DNA from: Psilocybe cubensis
Taxonomy: Eukaryota
Assembly: GCA_017499595.2 (NCBI GenBank)
Contig: CM039009.1
Span: 1,922,001 to 1,986,000 of the forward strand
Direction of reading: 5' to 3'
DNA length: 64,000 nt
How positions within the stretch are numbered: position 1 is the stretch's first letter; each line of letters opens with the position of its first letter. Below, one piece after another: positions 39,268 to 49,716 of this stretch. Made by a program: the position numbers and the translations under genes. Under the pieces are notes generated by a model. It did not search any database and had not been told where the DNA came from. It saw only the letters and a list, made by a program, of their open reading frames with translations.

Positions 39268-39715
39268 TGTCAGGGCAACACTATAATCAGTGTGACAAGG
39301 CCACCAACAAAGATTAAGCAAGAGAGAGAGAGAGAGCAGAGGGAGAGTAAGAGAGCAAAGAGAGAATAAGAGAGTGAGATAGATTCAATGGTTCTAAGAG
39401 ATCACACCAATGATAGTGGATATCCTAAGAGATTGAAGCTGAAGCTACAGCTACCTACAAGTCCAGTATTTATACTCTACAGCTATTCTAGAATATTCCC
39501 TACATTACATCATAAAGGAAGGTTAAAGAATAAAAGTGACATCATATAGAAAAAGGATGAGTAAGACTAGGAATCATATAGAATTTACTAGAAAGAAGTG
39601 GACCAAGAAGGCTGTGATGAAAGAAATAAACTATCTAATCAGATAATTGATAAGATAATGAAAGGATAAGATAATTCTGTGAAGATAAAGAGGGAAAACT
39701 GGAGAAACCCTGACA
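39268..39715 (-). repeat. 3' LTR
   Basis: TGTCAGGG..CCCTGACA; same sequence as 45196-45643. Confidence 0.95.
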
Positions 39716-42700
39716 TCACCCCCTCTCTAAGGCACATTTTCCACAATGTGCACATGGATGGGTTAGTTTAGAGGGTTTAAGAAGAGGAGGAGGTTCAGTA
39801 AAGTTAATAATAGGAGTGAAAGAAAGTCTATCAAAGGTCACAGCAGAAATCCTTCTAGGTGCTGAAGGATGTTTGGCATGGAAGTCCTTGATAGCCTTAG
39901 AAGCATTTTTCAAATGCTCTGCAGGCTCCCAAGTGCATTCTTCATTAGGATAGTTCTTCCATTTGACCAAATATTGAAGTTTGTTTCTAAAAAGTCTGCT
40001 GTCCTTGATAAATTCAACTTCCCACTCAGGATTTTCTCCTTGAATGACAGGAGGTGGTCTAGAAGGAGGCTTTCTTCCTACAATATCTGGGTGATAAGGT
40101 AGAAGTTTAACCACATTGAACACTGGATGGATTTTCATGGTAGATGGCAGCTTAAGCTCATAGGCATTAGGGCTAATAACTTTGGTAATTTTGTAAGGCC
40201 CATATCTTTTATCATCCAATTTCTTGGAGGGCCTATCAGTTTTGAGGTCCTTGCCATCCAACCATACCAAATCCCCAACTTTATACTGAGTTGGAGTACC
40301 TCTGTGTCTATTATAGAATTTAGCCATATCATCAGCAGCTTTTCTAAGTGCAGACTCTGCTTCTTTCCTGGCTTCTTCCATATTTTTCACAAAGGTATCC
40401 ACAGTGTCCATTTTACTATCTCTAAGGGGTTCAGTGCCCATTCTGGGATGTCTGCCATTATTGAGCATGAATGGTGTCTGCCTGGTTGAAGCCTGAACTC
40501 TATTGTTATAAGAGAATTCAGCTAGAGCTAACCATTCAACCCAATCATCTTGTCTATGGTTTATAAAGAGTCTAAGATACTGCTCAATTTCTTGGTTAAC
40601 TCTTTCAGTCTGACCATCAGTTTGGGGATGGTAGGCTGTAGATGAGGCTGTCTGGATACCAAGTATTGAGTTGAGTTCTTTCATAAACCTTGAGACAAAC
40701 TGTGGACCTCTATCACACAGAATTTTAATGGGTAAGCCATGGTGTTTCCAGACATAATCTCTGTATAGTCTGGCTGTCCCTTCAGAAGTGACTTCATCTG
40801 TAGTAGGGATAATGTGGATCATTTTACTAAGTCTATCCACAACCACCATAATGGCATTATACCCTTGACATTCTGGTAACCCCATAATAAAGTCCACAGA
40901 GATGCATTGCCAGACATCAGAGGGAATCTCAGTAGGAATTAAAAGGCCAAGAGGTTTGGCTGGAAAGGTTTTGGTTCTGTTGCATCTATCACAACCTCTG
41001 GTATAGGCTGCAATAAAATGTGACATTCCTGGCCACCAATAATTCCTAGAGACTAGCTCAATTGTCTTCCATTTCCCTGGATGTCCAGCAATGAAGGCAT
41101 CATGGTGCAGTTCCACAATCTTTCTTCTAAGATCTTTGTCCTTGGGAACATACACCTTCCCCCTGTAGAGAATAAGGCCTTGTTCTTCTGACCATTCCTG
41201 TCCTTCAATCTTCTTGGTAGAAGATTTCTTGAGCTCCTGAACTGCCTTGACCACCTTTTCATCCATCTCCTTAGCTTCTCTAATCTTCTTAAGAAGATCA
41301 TTTTCTGCACCAGTAATGGTAGCATGACCCTGCTTGAGAGCCTGGATTTTAAAGTAGGAAGGTTTGAGGAGAACTACATTTTGGTTATCATTCTCTCCCT
41401 TTTTATGATCTGGTCTCCTAGACAAAGCATCTGGCTTAAGAGATCTTTTACCAGGCCTATGATGAAGAGTAAAATCAAATCTGGACAGGAAGAGTGACCA
41501 TCTGGCTTGCCTTCTGCTGAGCTTTTGGGCAACCATAAAGTACTCTAAGTTTTTGTGGTCTGTCCAAATCTCAAAGGAATGTTGGGTTCCTTCAAGATAA
41601 TGTCTCCATTCATCTAGTGCTCTGATAATAGCCAGCATCTCTTTGTCATGGATCTCATAATTCCTTTCTACTTCAGATAGACTCTTAGACATAAAGGCTA
41701 CAGGATGCCATTTCCCATCTGATCCTTCCTGAGATAAAACAGCCCCAGTAGCATAATCTGAACTGTCTGCTTCAACTTTATATGGCTTGTTATCATCAGG
41801 GAAAATCAAGACAGGTGAAGAAGTGACTTTCTTCTTTAACTGGTCAAAGGCTTCCTGCTGTCTAAGACTCCATCTCCAGACTGTTCCTTTCTTTGTCAAT
41901 TCATGAAGGGGCTTAGCAATGTCTGCAAAATCCTCTATGAACCTTCTATAAAAATTAACAAATCCCAAGAATGATTGGACATCCTTGACATTTTCAGGTT
42001 CAGGCCATTTAGAAACTCCCTCTACCTTGACAGGATCCATCTCAATCCTGCCTTGTGAAATGATTAGTCCAAGATATTCAATCTTTTCCTTTTCAAATTC
42101 ACATTTCTCTGCTTTAAGGTAGAGTTTGTTCTGTTCTAAGATTTGCAGAACTTGCTTGACTACCTCTCTATGATGATCAAGAGTCTCAGTGAAAATTAAA
42201 ATGTCATCCATGTAGACAATGACAACATTTCCATCAATGAGCTCAATAAAGATATCATTCATCATAGTTTGGAAGGTAGCAGGACTATTGGTTAAACCAA
42301 AGAACATGACCAATGGTTCAAACAGCCCTCTATTGGTTCTAAAGGCTGCTTTCCATTCATCTCCCTTTTTGATTCTGACATTGTTAAATCCCCACCTAAC
42401 ATCAAGTTTGGTGAAGTATTTGGCTTTGCTGAGTTTGGTGATGATGTCAGAAATCAATGGAAGGGGGTAGGAGTTCTTGATGGTCATTTCATTCAGTTTT
42501 CTATAGTCCTGGACAAGCCTAAGAGATCCATCCTTCTTCTTGACAAAGAATACAGGGGAGGCCATAGGTGACTTGGAGGGTCTAATCCTGCCAGACTTCA
42601 GATTTTCCTCTAAAAAGGCATCAAGTTCCTTTTGTTCATTGGGAGAAAGAGGATAAATCTTGGATCTGTAAGGTTCAGAACCAGGTTTCAGCTCAATAGC

Positions 42701-43603
42701 ATGATCCCAAGGCTTTCTGTCTGGTAGCCTATCAAAAGATTCCTTTGAAAAAACACCTTTAAACTGATGATAGTGCTTAGGAACAGTTTCTTCAAAGGTT
42801 TTTTTAGGGGAATCAGCTTGCTGATGAGACTCTTCTGCTAATCTTTGAGACATAGTAGAAGTAGCATTAATAGACTGCTTCTGAGGATGAAGGTATGAGA
42901 TAAAAATTCTATCCTCAGGCTCAATCTCAGAATCAGAAGAATCTTCAATAGAATCATCTTCTTCTTCATCAAATTGAGGGAGTTTCCTCCTTTTGACTGC
43001 AGCTATTTTCTGCCTCTTTCTTCTGGCTCTTTTGGCTTCCATTTGGCAGTCAGAGGGACATCTAATAAACTGGACATCCCCTGTCTTCCAATCAACATCT
43101 GGATTATGGTGCCAAAGCCAAGTATGTCCAATGATAGCAGATTTGTCTCCCAAGTCACAAACAGCAAAGGTGGCCCTTTCTGTATGGTTTTTGTGTACCA
43201 TAATTAAGTCTACTTCCTCATGGATAGAGCCACTCTTGTTGAGAGTACCATCAACATTATAGACTGGAATGGCTCTAGAAAGTTTCCTTGTGTTGAGATT
43301 ATGATACTTCACAAAACCAGAATGCAGAAAGAGGCCAGTAGCTCCAGAATCAAGCAAAGCATCAACAGATAACCTTTTCTCTGTGTCCATTGTCTTTAAG
43401 ATGACAGACAAATGGGTAGAGGTTTTAGGATTATGGTTGAGGATGTAGATCTTTTCAGGGAAGGTAGAAAGAGAGGAAGAAGAAGACATGATTTCTGCAC
43501 CAGAATCTGAAGACTGAGGATCAAGTCTGTCAATTTCATTTTCTAGTACATTAAATCTATTCCATTGGGACATGTCTTTCACCAATGGTGCTTCTAAAAA
43601 TTT
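39716..43603 (-). CDS. pol: Pol polyprotein: protease, RT, RNase H, integrase, chromodomain
   Basis: LLDSGAT; YMDD; HH-CC zinc finger (HHDAFIAGH..CDRC); integrase core; chromodomain WEVEFI..QYLVKWKNY..TWEP; entered by -1 frameshift. Confidence 0.97.
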   Translation of the reverse strand, partial: KFLEAPLVKDMSQWNRFNVLENEIDRLDPQSSDSGAEIMSSSSSLSTFPEKIYILNHNPKTSTHLSVILKTMDTEKRLSVDALLDSGATGLFLHSGFVKYHNLNTRKLSRAIPVYNVDGTLNKSGSIHEEVDLIMVHKNHTERATFAVCDLGDKSAIIGHTWLWHHNPDVDWKTGDVQFIRCPSDCQMEAKRARRKRQKIAAVKRRKLPQFDEEEDDSIEDSSDSEIEPEDRIFISYLHPQKQSINATSTMSQRLAEESHQQADSPKKTFEETVPKHYHQFKGVFSKESFDRLPDRKPWDHAIELKPGSEPYRSKIYPLSPNEQKELDAFLEENLKSGRIRPSKSPMASPVFFVKKKDGSLRLVQDYRKLNEMTIKNSYPLPLISDIITKLSKAKYFTKLDVRWGFNNVRIKKGDEWKAAFRTNRGLFEPLVMFFGLTNSPATFQTMMNDIFIELIDGNVVIVYMDDILIFTETLDHHREVVKQVLQILEQNKLYLKAEKCEFEKEKIEYLGLIISQGRIEMDPVKVEGVSKWPEPENVKDVQSFLGFVNFYRRFIEDFADIAKPLHELTKKGTVWRWSLRQQEAFDQLKKKVTSSPVLIFPDDNKPYKVEADSSDYATGAVLSQEGSDGKWHPVAFMSKSLSEVERNYEIHDKEMLAIIRALDEWRHYLEGTQHSFEIWTDHKNLEYFMVAQKLSRRQARWSLFLSRFDFTLHHRPGKRSLKPDALSRRPDHKKGENDNQNVVLLKPSYFKIQALKQGHATITGAENDLLKKIREAKEMDEKVVKAVQELKKSSTKKIEGQEWSEEQGLILYRGKVYVPKDKDLRRKIVELHHDAFIAGHPGKWKTIELVSRNYWWPGMSHFIAAYTRGCDRCNRTKTFPAKPLGLLIPTEIPSDVWQCISVDFIMGLPECQGYNAIMVVVDRLSKMIHIIPTTDEVTSEGTARLYRDYVWKHHGLPIKILCDRGPQFVSRFMKELNSILGIQTASSTAYHPQTDGQTERVNQEIEQYLRLFINHRQDDWVEWLALAEFSYNNRVQASTRQTPFMLNNGRHPRMGTEPLRDSKMDTVDTFVKNMEEARKEAESALRKAADDMAKFYNRHRGTPTQYKVGDLVWLDGKDLKTDRPSKKLDDKRYGPYKITKVISPNAYELKLPSTMKIHPVFNVVKLLPYHPDIVGRKPPSRPPPVIQGENPEWEVEFIKDSRLFRNKLQYLVKWKNYPNEECTWEPAEHLKNASKAIKDFHAKHPSAPRRISAVTFDRLSFTPIINFTEPPPLLKPSKLTHPCAHCGKCALERG

Positions 43604-44703
43604 TTCTTTTCCTCATCTTTCTGCTCCTTGCCTTCCAAGATTAATTTCCCAAAGTAGTCAGCCAGTTCTTCATGGGTCATAGCATTGATGTTAACTGATG
43701 ACCTGCAGTTTACAGCCTTATGACCAGGCTTTCTGCACTTGAAGCAAACAATTGGCCTAACTGACTTCCATCCAGAGTCAACCTCCATGGGAACTACATC
43801 TGGTTGCTTTGCCTGAGCACCAAAGGTCCTAGAGCTGCTATTGGAAAAGACTGGAGGATTTGGAGTAGGCTTAGGAACAGCCTTGGGAGTTGGGGCTTTA
43901 AGGAAGGGAGAAGAAGAGGAGGAGGAAAGAGACTTGGTAAAGGCCTCACTCTGTCTCCACTGCCTATCTAGCCTGGTACTCCATTTAATCCATCCATCCA
44001 AGGTTTTGGGCATGTCAGGAACATAGTAGACTGCATTCCTGAGATTTTCATTAAGCCCAGCCTTGAATTGGTCTACCAAAGCAGCATCATTATACCCAGT
44101 ATCTGAGATCAGAGCCCTGAAGCTAGCAACATACTCATCAGCAGTCTGTCTGCCTTGCTTGAGCATGTGCATTTTATGCTTAGCTGTGTTGGAGGGGTCT
44201 GGATCTGCAAACACTTCCCTAAATTCATAAACAAAGTCAGCCCAAAGACCTTCTTGGGACTGAGCATTGTCTATTACTTTAGTCTTCTCATATGCCCACT
44301 TCCCAGCAGTACCTCCTTTCATATGAGATAGAGCACAAATAACTTTCTGAAAGTCATCTGTAATCCCTTTCCCATAGAAATATAATTTAAGCTGACTGAG
44401 GAAGTTTTCTGCCTTCTCCATAGAACCATCAAATGGATCTGGAGGTGAGACTTTAATGACAGAGTGTGAACAGGAAGGGGCAATATGAGGGGTAGGGAAA
44501 GAGTGAATATCTAGAGCAGCAGGTGGTGGTGGTGGTGGTGGTGATGGTGACTGACTGACTGGTTGCTGAGGGTGTGGTGGAGTGGATGATGACTGCTGCT
44601 GCTGTCTAAGAAAATTCAACTCTTGGGTAAGGAGCTGGACCTGATGCATGAGCTCTTCCACAGAAGGAGTGGTGGGAGGCAATTGGGAGGGGTCCATGTC
44701 CAT
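43594..44703 (-). CDS. gag: Gag with CCHC zinc knuckle
   Basis: PDPFDG, LKQGRQTADEYVASF, PMEVD, CFKCRKPGHKAVNC. Confidence 0.93.
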   Translation of the reverse strand: MDMDPSQLPPTTPSVEELMHQVQLLTQELNFLRQQQQSSSTPPHPQQPVSQSPSPPPPPPPAALDIHSFPTPHIAPSCSHSVIKVSPPDPFDGSMEKAENFLSQLKLYFYGKGITDDFQKVICALSHMKGGTAGKWAYEKTKVIDNAQSQEGLWADFVYEFREVFADPDPSNTAKHKMHMLKQGRQTADEYVASFRALISDTGYNDAALVDQFKAGLNENLRNAVYYVPDMPKTLDGWIKWSTRLDRQWRQSEAFTKSLSSSSSSPFLKAPTPKAVPKPTPNPPVFSNSSSRTFGAQAKQPDVVPMEVDSGWKSVRPIVCFKCRKPGHKAVNCRSSVNINAMTHEELADYFGKLILEGKEQKDEEKKNF

Positions 44704-45195
44704 GGGTAGGGGTAGGTAGGCTCTCTGATGTGTGTGTGGGAGAAGCTATCTACTGAAAGTGCCCTTGAAACTATACTAAGTATTCTAAAAAAAATATCTA
44801 TCTACTGGATACCCAGTTGTCACACCACTCAGGGCTCTAAACCTAGGATCACAGGGTTACTGGATATTTCCTAGACCACCAAAAACAGAACACTAGTAGG
44901 ACTGTGTCTGCCCCAACAGTTGGTATCCCTATCTACTAAGTTTACACACAGCACACAACAGAGAGTAGGAAAGATGATGAGCCAAAGATCTTGAGGAAAG
45001 GTCTTGAGGAGGATGTTGAAGATTGGTGGAGATGTAGAGATTGGTAAGAAGATTGGTGAAGAGGTTGATGAAGAGGTTGGTGGGTTGGAAGTGGAGGAAG
45101 AAGGTTGAGGTAATGGTGTTGAAGAGGTTGAAGAGGTGAAGAGTTTGGTGTTGAAAGAGAGATGGTGGAGTTGTCTTGAGAGAGCTTCAATCTTC

Positions 45196-45643
45196 TGTCA
45201 GGGCAACACTATAATCAGTGTGACAAGGCCACCAACAAAGATTAAGCAAGAGAGAGAGAGAGAGCAGAGGGAGAGTAAGAGAGCAAAGAGAGAATAAGAG
45301 AGTGAGATAGATTCAATGGTTCTAAGAGATCACACCAATGATAGTGGATATCCTAAGAGATTGAAGCTGAAGCTACAGCTACCTACAAGTCCAGTATTTA
45401 TACTCTACAGCTATTCTAGAATATTCCCTACATTACATCATAAAGGAAGGTTAAAGAATAAAAGTGACATCATATAGAAAAAGGATGAGTAAGACTAGGA
45501 ATCATATAGAATTTACTAGAAAGAAGTGGACCAAGAAGGCTGTGATGAAAGAAATAAACTATCTAATCAGATAATTGATAAGATAATGAAAGGATAAGAT
45601 AATTCTGTGAAGATAAAGAGGGAAAACTGGAGAAACCCTGACA
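45196..45643 (-). repeat. 5' LTR (minus-strand TATAAATA at ~45395-45402)
   Basis: Same sequence as 39268-39715; followed on the minus strand by a PBS complementary to the LTR itself. Confidence 0.95.
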
Positions 45644-46540
45644 ACTTGCAGACGGAGATATTCGAGCATATCAAGATCCTGCTCGGCTAGGACCCAGAAA
45701 GGGACGCCGCGGAACGCTTGATGATGAACAGGTCGCGGCAGGGATGGATGTAGAGAATCAGCCAGAAGAGGGGGATCTTTTCCTGTTCAACGAGGAGCGC
45801 ACCAAGCGTCAAGGATCGGGTCAGACACGGCGAACTCTGTCATGGATCTGGACGGTTCGTACCAATGCTGCAGACACAACAAGCAAAGAAGAGAAAGATG
45901 ATCTCTTGCGTGTTGAATGGGCGAGGAGCCGAGCTAGGGTCATGCGCGCAAAAGAGGAGGTTTCGATGTTGAAGGAAGAGATGCGGCGAACATTAGTGTT
46001 TTTGGACTGGAAAGCTGTCTGGTGGCGAGAACGCAAAAACGCTATCTCTAACGCGAGTAGCGATCGCTTGGAGGCCATTTCCGCATTTGCCATTGTGCAA
46101 GCTGACCTTCAAGATTCCTTGGCGGAGCATTTCCGAAATCTGTGGCGGTCTCCATTACAAGAGGCAACATTGCGTGCTGCAGGTTCTTCAATTGCTGCCA
46201 CTGAGCCCACATCAGTTTCTTCGACTGACCCTGCCTCGACATTGACATTGCTTGGAGATGGAGATGAAGGTGATGATAACGGTGACGACGACGACAAGTA
46301 CAACGAGGAAGAAATGTTTGAAGAGAGTGGTGTGGAGGAGTTGGATATCACTGCAAATAGTGTAGCAGCATTGGTGTAAATCAACATTAAATTCGTAGCT
46401 ACATACTTTACATGCAATTTAGAACGATATGTCGACGAGGAAAAAGGTTACAGAAATGCTGCCAAGCAAAGGTGGATAGCTGCCGCGTGCAGATAAGCTG
46501 CAAGAGATTCCAGCGGGAGTATGACGCGGTATGACGAAGT

Positions 46541-47052
46541 GACAGGAACCATCCATCGCGTCTAAAAATACGCCTGCATCAGAGGCAGTGCCAGGCCCAG
46601 ACCAGGGTGGGCAGGGGTGGGCCGAGATTGCGTCTAAAAATATACTTGCATCACTGATGAGTGATCATCAGGAGGCTGTGCGCGGTCCAGACCAGCAAGG
46701 GCGGTGTGGCACACGGCTACTGCACCCGCGAACATCCCAATCGGGAAGGCGCGCATTTAATTCCCCCGCGTCATCCAAACCCACCCCGACCAATCCATCC
46801 CGCCACCACCCCCGAACCCTGCGCAAACAACGCCGCCGCATTCTAGGCGCTGCTGGCTACCGACCCGTATTTTTTTCAGCCCGAACGGCGGCCCCAACGA
46901 CGAGCAACGCTATTCCGAACGGCCGGCATGCGTATTGACGCATTGTTTGGTGCAGCTGCCCAGCACGTGCTCAGACGCGGCGAATGCATCAAATGTGGCA
47001 ACTGGAAACTGCCAGGCTAGATATATACTGCCCACCTGGCAGTTTCCAGTAT
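46541..47052 (-). repeat. Right inner TIR of the KDZ element
   Basis: Reverse complement of 27901-28428. Confidence 0.95.
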
Positions 47053-47081
47053 ATGATACATCAGGACAGCAGGTAGAGGTG

Positions 47082-48960
47082 ATTTTGGAAGAGTTTCCCT
47101 AAATCCTTTGACGATTTATCTACTTGTGATATCTCTTACTCAAGTAACGTAAGTTAGACTTAATTCGCCCTTGTCAAACATTCTAAGAACATCATTGGAA
47201 AGCACTTTCATCACCCCGCCTTGAGCTATCATCACCGCTCTTGGTTTGGCAACTCCTCACATGCGTAAGTCCATCTTGCCTAGGTTAGAACATTGTTAAC
47301 AACGCCTCACAGCAATTATACCATCCCGCCTTGAACCAATACCGTCAGTATCATCGTCCTAAAAGCCACTAACCAACCCCACACAACGCAGGCTCGCCCA
47401 CACACAATGGTCAAGAAGCCCAGCACAGAAGTATACCACTCCATTCAGGTCGCGTATTGCCAGTCTGCTGGTGTCAGGCTGGTGTGCGCGATTGTCTTAG
47501 GACATGCGGGGCAGTTGACATTTGACCCTACCCGCTCGATGTGTGGCACCCCCCCGCCGCCACCCCTGTAAATCGGGGGTCGTGGAAACCAGGGGGTGAG
47601 GTACGGAGTGCTGGTTGGTTCGCCCACCCCCCTAAGCAGTAGCGGTAGACTTGCAGGACATCGTCGCTTCTACCGTGAATCGCAGGGGTGGAGATTGATA
47701 AAAGCTTGCTTTGGACCCTGTGTGTTGGGCGGGCTTAGGCGAGTGATGGTTGGCGTGAGGTCAGTTTGCTTCTTTTCGTTGTTTGATACGGTTTATTTAT
47801 TTATTCCTAGCCTCGGGCGATAACCAGCACGATGCTGCAAACCATTGATCGCAATACAATAACACGTTTTGTTCCTCGAGATCAACGCGTCCCAATTGCT
47901 TACCATTTTGTGCCATAGCATCAATGTTTGGTTGGACATGGGTCATCATCTTACAGAAAGAGCGCTTCAGTGAGTTTCGTACTTCCATCAGTCTTTGCAC
48001 TGGTAACATTATGTAGATTTAGAAACCCTCGACATATTCGAGATCAATCTTTGCTCTGTCTTTCTTTGGAAAGATCATGACTGGTGTGTTCAGTTACATC
48101 CTCCCACAACCGTCTAATTTCGTTCGTGTAAGGCTCGCATTTCTCATTTTCCCATCAAACATAAACACCGGCACTCGCAATTCCAACGACATGGACGAGG
48201 TCCTTGTCGCAAGTCACACCATCGCCGCGCAGCCACTTGTAGTCACGTCAGATCTTGGGGCATCTGGTTCCCTTTTACTTGTGAGTCCGTTCCCTGAGAT
48301 TATCATTTCTTCTAAAGGACAATCACCTCATTATGTATCCATCAGGTGTTTTTTCTTTTTTTATTTCGTTTTTATTTTATTTTTGAAGTAGTTGTAACGT
48401 TACGCACCAGGTCGTTGCGTCGAAAGATCTCTTTCTAGGGAAGTTCCAGGTCTACTTTGATTGAATGCCTCATTCTAATATGCCAGGTATTCAGGACTCG
48501 GTTTAACCACGCGAACCTCAGTGTAATCCCCAACTCCGGCATACACTGTCACACAAGAACTTTGCAGTTATAATCCGCCCTACAATTCTTCTAATCCGTA
48601 CAACCTGTCAACATCAGGCTCTTTCAAACACAAAAGGCAATAAACTACAACTGGAGCCGCCTCTAGCTTTATAAAACACCAAGTCTCAAAAGATCTAATG
48701 CGTCTGACCTTCTCATTTTATGTACGTTGATACGCAGTGCAGCTTGCTAACCACGGAAATCGCGCGCACCAAGTCCACTTTCCCACGCTTCACATGATCG
48801 CGGAACATCAATACACCACCGACATCGCCCACCGACACCGATATTCCTCGCTCCCGATTCAATTACTCATTTATTTCTCATCACCATTCCATTTTGTATG
48901 CGTCTTCGTAATATTTTAACAAATTTTCTTCATTTTAAAACCTGAATTTCATATACAGCA
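47082..48960 (+). repeat. Family R copy D, 3' part (core exon 47392-47759)
   Basis: Inverted relative to A, B and C; core near-identical to A/C, downstream exons closer to copy B. Confidence 0.85.
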
Positions 48961-49716
48961 CAGCTTTCATTTTACCCACACTTTCCGAGTAGACACAATA
49001 GGCGCCCGATTTCGCACCCTTGCCGTTTCCTCCCCATCCGAGAAAATTTTACAATTTAATTAATCTACTTCTTCTGTAGACTTACTCATAGTGTCTTGGC
49101 CTCCATATTTCGTGTTCGCTTCGCTTATCTCTTTACAAACTTTGTTTTACACACACACCCCAGCTCAGTAGTATAAAAACTAGCTAGAAAATTATCTACA
49201 CAATAACACATCGTTCACCTCTCGTTTCCATCGTGCTCTCATCGTTTTCAGCTGGTTAAGAAGACCAGGGAAACCCTCTCGCACCCTCAGACGCCTCTCA
49301 TAGCGGTTCTCCAGTTGCTTTTACTTGTTTACTCTTTTTTTGTTTGCTCGACGCACCTAGGACGCCGCTGGCACATCATTTTTGGAGCCCACCGCGAGGG
49401 TGTTTCAAACATTGAGCCTTCAACCAGCCGTTCGCTTCGACAGCTTCCGTCTAGAACCCTTCGTCAAGAACTAGTTGCTGCCTTCCAAAACCCAGAAAAC
49501 CTTTCAGACGAATCACTATTCATTGAAGTACCCGAAAATCAAGCCACTCATTCGTATCTACCATCTCCAACATCACCTCTATTCTCTCCATCTGAACTCC
49601 CTTCCCCTATATCCGGATCCTTTGAATTTCCAACCACAACACACTCGCATATCAGTCCTTTCATTCTAACACCTTCTCCAACCTCAAACACCCTTCAACT
49701 CCCATTGCAACAGTTT

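Larger units (their letters stand above)
39268..45643 (-). mobile_element. Full-length Ty3/Gypsy chromovirus LTR retrotransposon, 5-bp TSD ACTTG
   Basis: 448-bp TG..CA LTRs that appear identical; ACTTG at 39263-39267 and 45644-45648; polypurine tract next to the 3' LTR; intact gag and pol. Confidence 0.97.
36231..46379 (+). pseudogene. CxC2-KDZ transposase interrupted by the Gypsy insertion (39268-45643)
   Basis: CxC2 (CPDC..CREC..CCVKRHRLHPFHRIQ..HTNGIH..CNC) and KDZ core motifs DANFRLK, YANMDYIF, SYDIACQW, IPKLH, DGECPERVW. Frame is restored across the empty site (YRIL|ADGDIRAY); C-terminal LSWIW..LRVEWARSRAR. Confidence 0.93.
27872..47081. mobile_element. Complete KDZ (Kyakuja-Dileera-Zisupton) DNA transposon, ~12.8 kb excluding the nested Gypsy; 7-bp TSD ATTTTGG
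   Basis: CA..TG ends; ATTTTGG at 27865-27871 and 47082-47088; reconstructed empty site aligns with R copies A and C; long TIRs; CxC2-KDZ transposase, TET/JBP and HMG-like genes. Confidence 0.9.

Noticed and set aside
44942-45190. 82-aa ORF in the Gypsy 5' UTR
   Set aside because: Non-ATG start, low-complexity pyrimidine-rich leader.
27901-47052. Inner TIR edges as element ends with a TA TSD
   Set aside because: Weak inverted similarity extends 30 bp further to CA..TG with a 7-bp TSD, and only that boundary restores the R paralog sequence.
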